A stretch of 64,000 nt of DNA from Xylographa opegraphella (taxonomy: Eukaryota): contig JALDZX010000019.1 in NCBI GenBank assembly GCA_022813865.1, positions 1 to 64,000 of the forward strand. The letters run 5' to 3'. The translations under genes were made by a program, and so were the position numbers. The notes under the pieces are model-generated. The model searched no databases, was not told the origin of the DNA, and worked only from the letters and a program-made list of their open reading frames with translations. This document shows positions 12,283 to 25,138 of this stretch, piece by piece. The first letter of the stretch is position 1. Every line of letters starts with the position of its first letter.

Positions 12283-12963
12283 ATGGCCTCCGGCTACGGT
12301 CTTGCAGGCGGTACGTACAACAGAACCCACCTAACATACCCCTATCAAGTATAGGGCCTGAAGTCGTCCATGTCGTACTCAATGGCTGCTCGAAACCTTT
12401 CTCGAAATCTCTCCACTCAGACAGCTCCGAGCTCGCCAGAGCTCTCGCCTTATTCTGGTTACGAGGCTGATAATGCTTCTTTCCTGCAGGCCCCTCTCGG
12501 TGTTTTCCATTCTGGCAAGACCTGCTGGCATGCTACGTCGTCAACACAACTGCGGACGACATCTCCGGCGGGAAGAAGTGCCTGCCGGTGATGGAGGATT
12601 ACTACGAGTGTTTGCACCATAGGAAAGAGGTGAGTAATTCGCCGCCCGCTCTGCGAACCATTTCCTTCACCCGTTACCTGTTACATGAAGGATTGGAATG
12701 ACAGGATAGCACGAGCGACGGTTGCGATACGCAGCATCGTTACACACATGGCTGTCGCCCAAACAACGGAGCAAATGCTAATTATCTGCCCATTCGAAAC
12801 TTAGGCAACCCGCACACGCGCTCTGCAGCACGCGTATCGTCGCTCATTGGCGGCGCACCCGCGGGAGGATATGCCTCCGCCCGGAACGATCCGGAATCTG
12901 GGGCTTCTGGGAAAGGAGGACGATACGAGGGCGGTGCTGGAGTCGGAGAAGGCGAAGAAGTAG
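12283..12963 (+). CDS. Mitochondrial complex I NDUFS5-like small subunit; exons 12283-12310, 12490-12629, 12805-12963
   Basis: Spliced product MASGYGLAGGPSRCFPFWQDLLACY...KKCLPVMEDYYECLHHRKE has the twin Cx9C pattern of fungal NDUFS5 homologues. Confidence 0.88.
12645..12768 (+). ncRNA. Candidate intronic H/ACA snoRNA
   Basis: Hairpin (TCCTTCA/TGAAGGA), then ANANNA box ATAGCA at 12706-12711, then hairpin (GCGACGGTTG/TGGCTGTCGC), then ACA at 12763-12765, all inside intron 12630-12804. Confidence 0.4.
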
Positions 12964-13445
12964 AGATGTTGGCGAGAGTCGGTGCATCGAGAGGCGTCGC
13001 AGGAGTTTCCGGGGGTTAGTTATTGATTTCGAGAGCCTGAGGAAGAGGATGAGGTGAAGATCATGTATAAAGATTTCGGTGGTGGAGGGTTTCGGAATAC
13101 GAAGTGAAAGACCGTATGACTGATGCAAGCATTGGAGCAACTTGCATTCATGTGGGACCTTCAGATCAGGCCTGCACCTTTGACCTCGTGGGAACAAAAC
13201 CCCAGAGGTGACGAGTCCCTAGACCGCAATGATAGACGCCGTATCTAGAGCCCGAAGAAGAATCGGTCACATCACAATATCTCCGACCCATATCCGGCAT
13301 TGCAACCCTCGACCCAAGATCCCCACAGAACCCCACCCCTACCCAACCCAAAGCCAACCTGCGCCCAATCCTCAGCACCTTCCCTCCCAACACTCATCAT
13401 ACCCACCCCACCCCCTCCTCCCCTCCCACCTCCTCTTCCCCTCCC

Positions 13446-13982
13446 TCACCTCCCCCCCACCACCTCCCTCACCCACACCCCACACTCCGGCCACTCCCTC
13501 AGCACCTCCTCAGCCAACACGTCCCGAAACGCCCTCAGCGCCTCGCTCTTGCCGCGCACGTACGCATTCCCCCGCTGCACCAGCTCGACGAACTCGCGCG
13601 TGTAGATATCCGGATTACGGCCCTCCTCGACGTAGGCGATGATCTCGGGCGGCACGACGACGGGCAGAGCAGAGGCGGAGAGCGAGAGCGCGTGCAGGGA
13701 GGTGGTCAGAGATTTGCTGGCGCGTAAGGGGGGTTAGTGGGTGGGTTCTGTGGGGGAAGGGCAGGGTTGGGGGCGGGATGTACATTTTGCGGACGAGCTC
13801 TTGTTGGGTTTCGGGGCCGAGGTAGCCGTGTACGCAGGATTGGATGGCGTAGAGGTGCTGGATTACGTCTTTGAGGAGGTCTGGGGTGGAGGGCCTGGGG
13901 GGTTAGTGGGTGGGTGGGAAGGGGAGCGGGGGGGGATGGGCTCACCGTCGATGGTGTTGAGGTTGACGGGCTCGGGAGCCAT
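13446..13982 (-). CDS. MED10: Mediator subunit 10 (Nut2); 3 exons
   Basis: Motif PPEIIAYVEEGRNPDIYTREFVELV. Two C-rich introns (GTGAGC..CAG and GTACAT..CAG). Confidence 0.9.
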
Positions 13983-14394
13983 GGTGGATTGAGGTTGAGG
14001 TCGTCGCTGCTGGTTGGTGCTGGAATTTGGATACCGGGGGTTTTAAGGCACTGGAGTTTAGGTAGACTGGGCCATGGTGCGAGAGCGGAACGGCGGGGTT
14101 GGATACCTGGCTATTTGTGTGCTCAATGCGTGTACGCTTGAATAGTTACCCGGCCATGTCCTCACTAGCGATTCGAGCTATTATCGGTACCACAATCTGT
14201 GGGTATTTGGGTATATTGTATGGAAGACCTCTATGTTCAAAGGGAAGATCATCGGATAAGCTCACATCACCCATTATGGGAAGTGGAAGCACTATAGCAA
14301 TAGAACGTCGATGCAATGGTATAGATCTACTTGATATCTCCACCATAATCTAAAGCCGTTACCGTAAAATCACTGATTGAAACTCGCTTTCTTC

Positions 14395-16612
14395 TTATGG
14401 CGACGTTTGCATTGAATCCGAAATACTGCCTGCTGCCGTCGTTGCAAAGTACCGAACATCAACATCATCATCCTGCTGTAGCTTTTCGAGATTGGGGAGA
14501 ATTTGCTGGTGGATAAGATCCTGACCTCTAGGCGATGGCGATACTGATTGGCCAGACTTTTCGAGGGACAGAATCGTAGCATCGGCTGGCAGGCGTTTGA
14601 GAACTTCGATGAGAATGGCGTAGGATTTGGCAACATTGAAGCGAATATTCGGGATCTCATCCGAGACCAATTTATCCATCATTGGTAGGATCGACCTTTC
14701 GATGACATCCAGGTTTATTGCGGGGGCAAGTGTCTAATAGCAATCAGCGAAAGTATAGAGCTTAACAGATTTTAACTCACGGAAATGGCGAAACAGGTCG
14801 TCATCCGGTAAAGATAATTGGGATGTTGTCCCATGGCCATTACTTTTGGAATGATAGCTTCGCTTGCCCATTCGACGCCAAAGACTTCCGTAAGCTTTTT
14901 GAGATTTTGGGTTGCCGCTTCCCGTATCGAAAAGACTGTATCTCCGAGCCAACTCATACAGAGAGTGCTTAGCTTCTCGTCAAAGAACTTGACGCCGAGC
15001 TGACTTGCAAGGAGGGGAATATATTCAATGATAGCTAATCGGACTCTCCATTGCTTATCCTCGGCCAACTGAACGATGGCTGGGAGAAGAGATTGTGATA
15101 GAAGCTCGATGCCGATGACTGTATCAATTAGTGAGTGTATGGTCCAAGTATTGTCCAGTACCACATGTTCATACCTTTGTTGACTAGCTCCAGTTTTGAT
15201 ATGATGTGCAGGCGAACATCGGGGAACTCATCTTTCAGCATCTGCAGGAACATTGGGAGAAGATGAGCAATCGTTCTGTTAGAGAGTTAGCGAAAGATGA
15301 CCCCCCACGGGTATTTGGGACTCGTACTCCTCCTTGCCCAGAATGGGTGCGAGACCACTGATTTGAGTTCCCAAAGCAGCTCGAACGTGCTGAGAAGTAT
15401 CTGATACAAGGTCTTCGATGCTAGTCATGATCTCGTTCAGTAAGGTTTCCCGATCGATCAAATCACAAAATCCTGAACTCGTAAGTATCAGAAATTGCCA
15501 AACGCAACAACAACCTACCAGGAATCTGCCCAGCTATTGCAGTCCGCACTTCCGCTTCACTATCTTTCAGAAGCTTGACGAATGCGGGTACAAGGTCCCG
15601 TGTCACGGTCTCATCGTCTACCGCCTTCGCTATCTGATCGCCCGAACGAATTAGCAATCCTCTTACATATCAGTGGAAAAGTCTACCTTCTCGAATCGGT
15701 CAGCGACCATGTATCTCACTCTCCAACTTTTGTCTTCAAATAAACTCCGTAGAGCTGAAAGTAAAACTCCATGACCTGGTTGTTGTTCCTTCGGCACCAC
15801 TTCCGCAATCGAAATAAGAACTTCCACTGTGAGTAAGCGTACACTATCTTGGTCATCTCCAGCGAGATGCTGAAATAATGGAATCATTTCATCTATCACA
15901 ATCGACGCAGGCATCTCCTTTACGAATTTGGCTAAATTGTTTGCGGCTTGTCTTCGAACCATGGGGGTCTCGTCGTGTACGAGGTGACCAAATTGTTGGC
16001 GGAGTCCTTCCTGAGATGGAGAGGTAGCTTTACTATAAGGTACAGTGTACAGTCCGGTGGCAGAGATCTTCGAGGTAAACCAATCGGCTTTGGATAGTCG
16101 CACTGTCAGCGGAATGAAATAGTCCTCGACTTGCGCTTGGGAGAGCTCTCCGCAGATTTTGTTAAGGGACTCCACCGCTTTATCCCGCACCAGTGGTTCT
16201 TCGATAGCAGCCAAGTTCTCGAGCGGTGATAGAAGCACATGCCCATATTCCGGGCCTCCCACGTACTCCACAAAGTTTCCTAGCTCCTCGCTTAGTGCAG
16301 TGAGCACCTCATCCTCATCCTCGACAGATTCTATGCGATCATCAGCCCAAAAGACTCTGGTATTCGAGACACCGTTACGTTCTTATACACACCATCGAGA
16401 AATGGAATAAGATCGTCCCTCGTCCGTTCAGCCCCTAAAGCTAATGCTATTGTTGATAGGCGATGTATGGCGTTTAGTCGTAGGAGAACATCATCATGCT
16501 GGGATGGTTTCAGTGAAGTCCCAGATCTTGATATCCTTGGGGTCTGTACCTTCAATTCATCAATAAGGACCGCAATGGGGTAAAGCTCGTCATTCTGATT
16601 CGACCCTTCCAT
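14395..16612 (-). CDS. TPD3: Protein phosphatase 2A scaffold (A) subunit, multi-exon
   Basis: [39 protein letters not shown] repeats ([22 protein letters not shown]) and the [11 protein letters not shown]-terminus. Confidence 0.95.
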
Positions 16613-17254
16613 AGTGCTTCGATATGCTTGCGATTTCGCTTCGACAGGTTTAGACGGGCTCGAATTGTGTATGAAAGAGAGAGTCTGTTGCGCTATATAC
16701 TGGTTGAACGAAGAACGCTGTTGTGTAGGCGTGGGTGTTGAGCTCGGAGGGGGGAGGCGGTCTAAATCTTCCAATTTGCCCAATCTAGACTCATTGACTA
16801 ACAGGAGATGACTGTCAGTCCTGATATTCTGAATAGCAAGTCCGCTGTGCTAAGCGGGGGGACTGGCTATTGGGCGCAGTGTAATATGCTTGGGAGAAGA
16901 AGGTTGTAGACAACGGGAGCTCACAGGCCGAATCTGTAGCACTAGTCTAGAGCTTTGTGGCAGAGGTTCATAAGCTTGTGGAGGTTTTACTGCGCTGCAA
17001 CATATGTTGTGGTGGTAGATGCTTAGAACGCGGTTTGAAGTGGGTTGACTAGGCTCTCGTGCTGGGCGCGAACTGAGCTCCGTCACTCATTCACCAACAA
17101 CCGAAAATCTTGGGAATTTTATGCACAGAAAATTAATGCAAAATTACATGATTTTATTTTCGTCTTCCAAGCTTCCCTTGCAATGCTTCGCTGGCTGCAA
17201 GATTGTACCATGCACTGAAATCAACGTGGTCGTAGGAGTTCTTAAGCTGGCATA

Positions 17255-19528
17255 ATGCCGACGATTGGAGTAGACAAGGCCGCTCTGTTCAAGGCCCTAG
17301 GTCAAGAGTAATTAGACAACCTCACCACCTGCTTTGATAATACACTCAATGATTTGATCATTAGATATACAACTGATGAGTTCGATGATTTATGCTTTGA
17401 ATTTGGTAGGTGGAGTATACTTTACCAGCAGGCCCAGACCAGCTAACACAAACCCAGGTATTGAACTTGATGAGGACGTACGTTGCTTCATGGAACTCAT
17501 GTAGAAAGTACTTGACTGAAACATGGTAGACCTCTACAACGGAAAGACCAATAGTCAATGGCAAGCAGGAACCGGCACAGCTAAAAATTGAAATCCCAGC
17601 TAACCGGTTATTTACTCTTGGAGCTTGACGGAAATTACAAATACTAACTGGCTCTTAGATATGATATGCTATGTATCGAGGGCATATCCCTTATGCTCAA
17701 TATTTTCAACGGGAAGACACCGTCGCCAAATTATCGTTTGGCAGCACCTCCAAATGGCAAGATCCAAACCCTCACCATTGCAGAGGAGGTAAATTCCGCC
17801 ACATTGGCTGCGTCTCCGCATACTGATTTAAATTGAAGACAATGAAAGTGCGCCCATATGCAGCTGGAGCAATCCTCAGGAATGTCTCGTTCACGCAAGC
17901 ACGATACGAGTCTTTCATTGCGTTACAGGACAAGCTCCATCAGAACTTGGCACGTCAGCGAACGCTCGTCGCGATTGGAACCCACGATCTAGACACCATA
18001 AAAGGCCCCTTCACATACGAAGCCATACCTCCGGAGGAGATTGAATTTGTACCCCTGAATCAGACGAAGAAGATGAACGCAGTAGAGATAATGAAGTTCT
18101 ACGAAGTATTGCCCGTTAGCTTTTCGACCTTGGCTATCATTCTGACAATAATGCCAGACTGATAAGCACCTCAGCCGATACCTACACATCATCAAAGACT
18201 CTCCAGTCTATCCTGTGATTTTGGATGCTAACCGGACAGTCTGCTCGATGCCCCCTATAATTAACTCAAATCACTCTAAGATAAGTCCCAAAACACGAAA
18301 CGTCTTCATTGATGTTACGGCTACCGATCGGACCAAGCTGGAGATCGTGATCAACATCCTAGTTTCTATGTTCTCACAGTACACGGAAGAACCCTTCACG
18401 TTAGTAGCACTTCACATAACAAATCTTCCACTAAAATGTTGTCAGAGTCGAGCCTATCCAGGTCATTTCGAAACACAATAATGAATCACGGCAGGTCCCC
18501 AACCTTACACCACGGGAAACCACGGTCGAAATATCCTATATTAATGACTGCTGTGGTCTTTCGCTCTCTGCAGAAGACATTTGTAAACTGCTGCTGCGCA
18601 TGTCATATTCAGCCACCCCATCGAAATCCTCCAATAACTTGATAGATGTGAGCATCCTGCCAACCAGAGCTGATGTTTTGCATCAGTGTGACATAATGGA
18701 AGACGTAGCTATCGCATATGGTTTCAATAGTTTGCCTAGGTCTTTCCCGAGTAAGTCGGGAACTGTGGCCCAACCTCTGATGATTAACAAGTTGAGCGAC
18801 ATTGTCCGGCTGGAAGCAGCTATGGCTGGATGGTCTGAAGTTATGCCTCTGATTCTCTGTTCCCACGACGAAAACTTTTCTTGGTTGAACCGAAAGGACG
18901 ATGGCAAAACGGCTGTGAAGCTTGCAAATCCTAAGACAGCAGAGTATCAAGTAGTGCGAACATCCTTGCTCCCTGGCTTACTGAAGACTATAAGAGAGAA
19001 TAAACACCATAGTGTTCCCATTAAAATTTTCGAAGTAAGTGATGTGGCATTCAAAGACACGTCCCTTGAGAGGAAGAGCAGGAACGAGAGACACTTTGCG
19101 GCCGCGTGGTATGGAAAGACTAGTGGGTTTGAGGTTGTCCACGGACTGATGGATCGTATTATGTTGATGCTCAAGAGTGCCTTCATCACAAGTGAGGAAG
19201 GGCTAGAAGGACATGGTTCAGGGGATTCTGCCTACTGGATCGAGGAAGTGGACGGTAGGAGCAAACTTGAATGTTATTTTATACTGCTCGACGCACATGC
19301 TAATCAGCCACAGATGCCACGTTCTTTGAAGGACATTCCGCAGAAGTACATGTCAAATTTAATGGAAAAGAACATATCATTGGAGTCTTCGGCATCTTGC
19401 ATCCTACAGTCTTAGACAACTACGACTTAAGGTATTCTTATGCTGTTTGATCTTGAACAGAACTCGCTCACACAATACCTAGATACCCTGTTAGCACGCT
19501 GGAGATGAACATAGAGGTCTTCCTTTAG
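17255..19528 (+). CDS. FRS1: Phenylalanyl-tRNA synthetase beta subunit, about 10 introns
   Basis: [66 protein letters not shown] and the LEMNIEVFL* end. Confidence 0.94.
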
Positions 19529-19695
19529 TGTTGTGCTTGACCAAGAGACAAATTTCCGGATATTGTATACAACCTGTTCACAATTATATTGGGTTCAGGT
19601 TCTTTTCGTGCCAATTATTCTACTATTGACATATCTCTTAGCAGCAAGACAACGTCTATAGACATGACATTACTATCCAAGTCACTGTCAGACCA

Positions 19696-20052
19696 TCAAT
19701 TGCCTTCTTTTTCCGTATTAACAACTGCTGTCATTTCCCCCTGCTGCTTTGCAACGTTCGCTCGCCCCCAATCAGCTTTTGCGTCCACGTGTCTCATTTC
19801 CACAGGCCACCTGACTTTTAACCCTCTGACCCACCCGTCGCCACAATCTGCAGAATCTTTATACATTCTCCAGACCTGGCGAACAAAGGCCAGGTCCACG
19901 TCTTTGTGGCCCGTTTCGTGGAAGAACTTTACAATGTACGCATAGTCGTGCTTGAACGTTCCATGGAAGGTCAAGATCATGCGGATTGCATTGTCGAGTT
20001 CTGCGTGCTTATCGTTTGGCCCGGTGAGCGAGGCAGCGGTGGGACGCGACAT
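19696..20052 (-). CDS. Small hypothetical protein (118 aa from ATG 20052)
   Basis: Clean intronless ORF with protein-like composition, convergent with FRS1. No recognised domain. Confidence 0.45.
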   Translation of the reverse strand: MSRPTAASLTGPNDKHAELDNAIRMILTFHGTFKHDYAYIVKFFHETGHKDVDLAFVRQVWRMYKDSADCGDGWVRGLKVRWPVEMRHVDAKADWGRANVAKQQGEMTAVVNTEKEGN

Positions 20053-20832
20053 GCTGGCTGGTTCGTGCTGCGGGTACAAGGTTTGTCTTTTGGTAATAGG
20101 ACTGTTGAGATGGTGGTCAGCCGTGCTACTCAAAGTCCATGTTCTCGAGTGCACTGAGGGATGGAAGAAGGATATTGAAGACCTGCTCTTCAATAATATA
20201 CTTGAGGCTGAAGACACATGGTTCTGGGACATAATACGACTTACTGCGGTTTGGTGTGAATGAGTATCTCGTTCGGCTTGAATGGATTGGAAGTAAGACT
20301 GATGTCGCGTTGCCAGGGCTTGATCAATCTCTGCACATAGATAGCTTTAAGATTACTGGCCCAGAAAAGGAGATCCGGACCTGGACAGAGGTCTATCATA
20401 GAAGGGAAATCTGTTGTTAAAGCTGCCATACTTAGAGGGGGCGATACTATACATGGTATGTATATGAGTTTGGACTGCGACCCGTTTGCTTTGAGGAACC
20501 ATACACTCGCACCTTCCTGTCTAAACTCAAAACCAAACTTGCTACGCGTCCATAGCTGGCAATTGATGTGGTTTCTTGGTACCGCATTGACCTTTCTGAA
20601 GGTTTCTGGTAAGTTTCAAAAGAACCGGTTCTCGCTTATCAGTTACCAAGTTATTGATTCAATTTTCGCAAGCTGAAGAAAACGGACAATAATTGGTAAA
20701 GCTAGAAAGCTCCCTCTTGTTGCTTTATCAATACATATCTTCTGGCACAAATGCTTCATAGTGCATTATCACCTTAGTCTGTATTTCCATCGTCTCAAAA
20801 TATGACTCCCGAGACATTCCTTTGACTAGATC

Positions 20833-21739
20833 TTACTCTTGAGCTCCATAGTCCTCTCCGCCTTGCTGTCCTCCTTGTTCTTGCTGTTCCGCCATTCTCT
20901 GCTGCTCAGCTGCTTGTTGAGCTGCTACTGCCTTTGCACCATAATCTTGGCTCATGGGCTGCACGACCGACTGTTCCTCCTTAGGCTCGATGATGGTGAC
21001 AGAGTCCGGCAGTGATTTTTGTGGACCAGACTTCCCTTCCGGATCTGAACCTCGCATGATTTTGACCTTAATACCTAGAACACCTTGGCGCAGAAGGACA
21101 TGGCGGGTAGCAGAGTCGATGAAGTCTTTGGCAGGCTGACCAGAATGAATCATGAAGCCGTCCTAAGCTATCATTAGTGGTAGTCTTAACTACAAAGGCA
21201 AACACTTGCAGTGAACTTCATGCTCTTAGCACGAGCGGCGCGGAGCTTTCCGGATACAACCACCTCACAGCCTTTGGCTCCACTCTCCATAATGAATCTG
21301 AGAACACCATAGCACGCTCTCCGGACAGCTAGTCCATTGAGTAACTTGTATCGCAGAGATTCGCATTGAGCGACAGCAGATAGACCACGGTTCTGAACCT
21401 TAGCAGCGTAGAGGGAGACGGAGTTTTCTGGGAATTTGAATCGTTTCTGAATGAGAGATGTGAGTTCGCGAATGCGACGACCTTGCTCGCCAAGGACTTC
21501 TTGGGTGTGGGTGGCACGAATGACTGCAGCCAGCAATTAGCATTTCCGAGAACGCATGCAGAATGAAGTTGCCTGAGCTCACTGATATCAGTAACGGTTG
21601 GGGTAACTCGGACTTCGACGCCTGAGTAGCCCTCTTCTGCCAGTTCACGCTGGAAGAACTCGTTCAACTCAGCGTAGAACACACCATCAGCCACAAATTT
21701 CCTTCGCTTGGAGATGGCTCCACCTGCGGGTGCAGCCAT
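20833..21739 (-). CDS. RPS3: 40S ribosomal protein S3 (uS3); 3 exons
   Basis: [42 protein letters not shown] and [11 protein letters not shown]. Confidence 0.97.
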
Positions 21740-22118
21740 AATTGCGGTATTATGTGGAGGAAGTCTTTTCTAATTCCCCAAAGAATCGTTGCCGATGGAA
21801 CAGTTGAGATGGTCGGTTACGGTGCGCGAAGATGTGGAAAGCGCAACTTGAATTTGGTGGGGTCTAGGGTTTGTGTGCGCTAAGATAAGCGCGAAGCTCG
21901 AATCAGCAGGGATGGATGAGCACCTGTTCACGAGCTATCTACAAGCCTTGTCTATGGCTCCGTCACAGCATTTTGATGATCCTTATGTGCTGGCAAATAG
22001 CTTTGCTGAGAGAGAACCCGATCACTGATAAGGAGATGTTTCTTGCTTCAATCTGACCCCTCCGTTACAGAAATTTTTGTAGCACCTTGTTATGGCCATG
22101 TACCGGCGTTGAATTATC

Positions 22119-24515
22119 ATGGAAAGAACACGAATAGCCAAGGTTTTGCATTCATTGCACCATAGTTCGTAATTGTACTGATTGTCTTACAGGTCGAAGA
22201 TGTCAAGCTTATTCGGCGTGGCGAGCAGCTTGAAGGCACTCTTCACCTGACGCCTCATCACCTCATTTTCAGCCACGCGTTGAGAATAACGTCTGAGGAC
22301 GGGTCTGGATCAGTACCGGAGAATCAAGCCAAGCTTAGGCCTAAAGAGCTATGGATCACATACCCGATCATACAGATATGTACATTGAGACCGTCCCCTC
22401 TGGCATCACATCTCCCCTCTTCAATCCGTCTCCGCTGCCGGGACTTTACTTTTGTATGCTTCTGTTTCAACGATGAAAAGAAAGCACGTGATGTGTATGA
22501 TAGCATAAAGGCATGGACTTGTAAGCTTGGAAGGATTGAGAAGCTTTATGCATTCAGCTATCAGCCTCAACGGCCAGAGAAAGAAGTGAATGGGTGGAAC
22601 ATATATGATGCCCGGAATGAATGGAAACGTCAGGGCATCAGCGATAAGAGTGTCGATAAGGGCTGGAGGATATCTACCATTAATACTGATTATGGTGTGG
22701 GTGTGACTGCTATCCATGAAGCTCAGAAGCATCACTCATTGAAGACAGTTCTCTCCCACCTATCCTGCTTTACTACCAGTTCCTACCACTATATCGGATA
22801 ACACATTAAATTATGCCGGCAGATATCGATCACGGGTTCGCCTTCCTATATTGACCTATCTGCATCCAGTTAACAACTGCTCTATAACTCGAAGTTCACA
22901 ACCACTGGTTGGAGTACGACAGAATCGTAGTATCCAGGACGAAAAACTGCTTCTTGCAATTTTCTCGACTTCTCATTCTAACAACAGCTTAGCAGAGCCG
23001 TCATCGTCACCTCCTGGGAGTCATTCCCCGCGGTCCAGCGATGGAGATGGGCCGGCTAGGAGTCCAGAGCCGAGTTTCATGGATACTGAGGCTCTTGAAG
23101 ATGAGATGATTGCTCGGGGCGGTCACGAAGACAAGGGAGAGAAACCTCTAATCTATGGTGCTCAGCAACACAATCTTATTGTTGATGCAAGGCCAACAGT
23201 AAACGCATATGCTATGCAAGCGGTGGGTCTTGGTTCGGAGAACATGGATAACTATCGATTTGCAACTAAAGTTTATCTGGGCATTGACAATATTCATGTC
23301 ATGCGAGATTCCCTTAATAAGGTAATTGATGCGCTGAAAGAGTCCGATCTTACTCCTTTAGCCCCAAACCGCGATGTCTTAGCAAAAAGCGGCTGGATCA
23401 AGCACATTGCGAACATGTTAGATGGAGCTGGTCTAATCGCCCGGCAGGTAGGCCTGCAGCACTCTCATGTACTCATTCACTGTTCGGATGGATGGGATCG
23501 CACAAGTCAATTAAGCGCTCTTTCTCAGCTGTGCCTGGATCCCTATTACCGGACCATGGAAGGGTTTATTGTTTTAGTTGAGAAAGATTGGTTGTCTTTC
23601 GGACACATGTTTGCACACCGTTCTGGATTTTTGTCCAGCGAGAAATGGTTCTCCATAGAGAACGAGCGCATTGGGGGCGACAGTGTCCGTCCAGGCTTTT
23701 CCACCGATAGTGGTCCTGGCCATGCACTTGAAAATGCGTTATTAAGCGCCAAAGGTTTCTTCAACAAGAACAATAAAAGTAGAGATTCACTTGCCGATTC
23801 AGATGGGGAAATGCAGCCCGTCGATATGGATTCGCCGAGCACGAAACGGATATCATCCCCAAGTAAAGGAGATTCTGGAGGAAAGCATACTACTAAAGTC
23901 AAAGAGACCAGCCCGGTTTTTCATCAATTTCTCGATGCAACCTATCAGCTACTATATCAACATCCAACACGCTTTGAATTCAACGAGCGGTTTCTTCGCC
24001 GCTCGTTATACCATCTTTATTCGTGTCAGTATGGCACATTCCTGTACAATAACGAGAAGGATCGAAAGGAATCCCACGTTTCTGAAAAGACTAGGAGTGT
24101 ATGGGACTATTTCCTTTCTCGCAAAGAACAGTTCCTAAATGACCAATATGATGCCATGATTGACGATAATGAACGAGGACACGAACGACTGATATTTCCC
24201 AAGACTGGAGAGGTGAGGTGGTGGAACGAGCTTTTCGGCCGCACAGATGAGGAAATGAACGGTCGGGCTGCTGTGTATACTCAACCCCACGGGCTTGGCG
24301 ACAATGGCAACACTACCATACTGACAGGTGTGGAAACTGCTGAAGATGCAGTTGGACCGGCTGCTGCTCCCACGTCTCCACCGAACGGATTCGCAGTAGG
24401 AATCCCAACGATAGCAGCCGGTGTCGCTGCACTTGGATTGGGTAAAGGCAAAGGAACAAGGGGCGGTAAGAGCCCTTCGAGTCTTCGGGAGGAAATGGAA
24501 GTGGAGATGCAATAA
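22119..24515 (+). CDS. YMR1: Myotubularin-family phosphoinositide 3-phosphatase; 3 exons
   Basis: Catalytic HCSDGWDRT, plus RSSQPLVG, DARP and EKDWLSFGHMF. N-terminal PH-GRAM-like exon (GTLHLTPHHLIF). Confidence 0.92.
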
Positions 24516-25138
24516 GAGTCCGGGTGTCGTCCACTGTTCCATGTATCATTAGGAAGCGGCCTATTGTCAACTCATTCTAGTATATGACCTCCTGCACTTA
24601 TTGGTTTCAGCGCTCAACCACGTTCCAATCTTCTCGTGCCAAATGATAATACTATAGACAGTCCAACCCATTCTGCTTATCGAATAGTATGAAACTGATA
24701 GTTCATAATTCCTGCAAGATGTCAAGAGAAACCTAGACTTTGATGGATCAATGGTAATCTTGCAGATTCTACTTTGTTGGATTTTGGTTGGCCTTCTAAA
24801 CAATTATTTAGTACGACTGGGATCTTTCTTGTCTTTCGAATCGCCGTGCTTGATTGCTGAGCTACCTACATCACTCCACTTATTGAGTGATGATAATATC
24901 ACCTCTAAGATGGATATTCACCCGATCACATCATGCAAAGTGGGATCTCGGAGGATCATTTCAGGCCGCCGTTGGTATAACTAGCACTGTGGTCCATTAC
25001 TAAGTCTTTGCATGAAGGATTACGATATACTTTTTATTATACTACTATAGATACACTATTTATAAAACAGCTCGGTGGTGAACCGCACGGCAATACCACT
25101 CATGGCCCCATTATCTACGAGGATTCAATCGATCTACT

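Noticed and set aside
8742..13982. MED31 and MED10 within 5 kb as a functional cluster
   Set aside because: They are separated by unrelated genes and chance proximity cannot be excluded.
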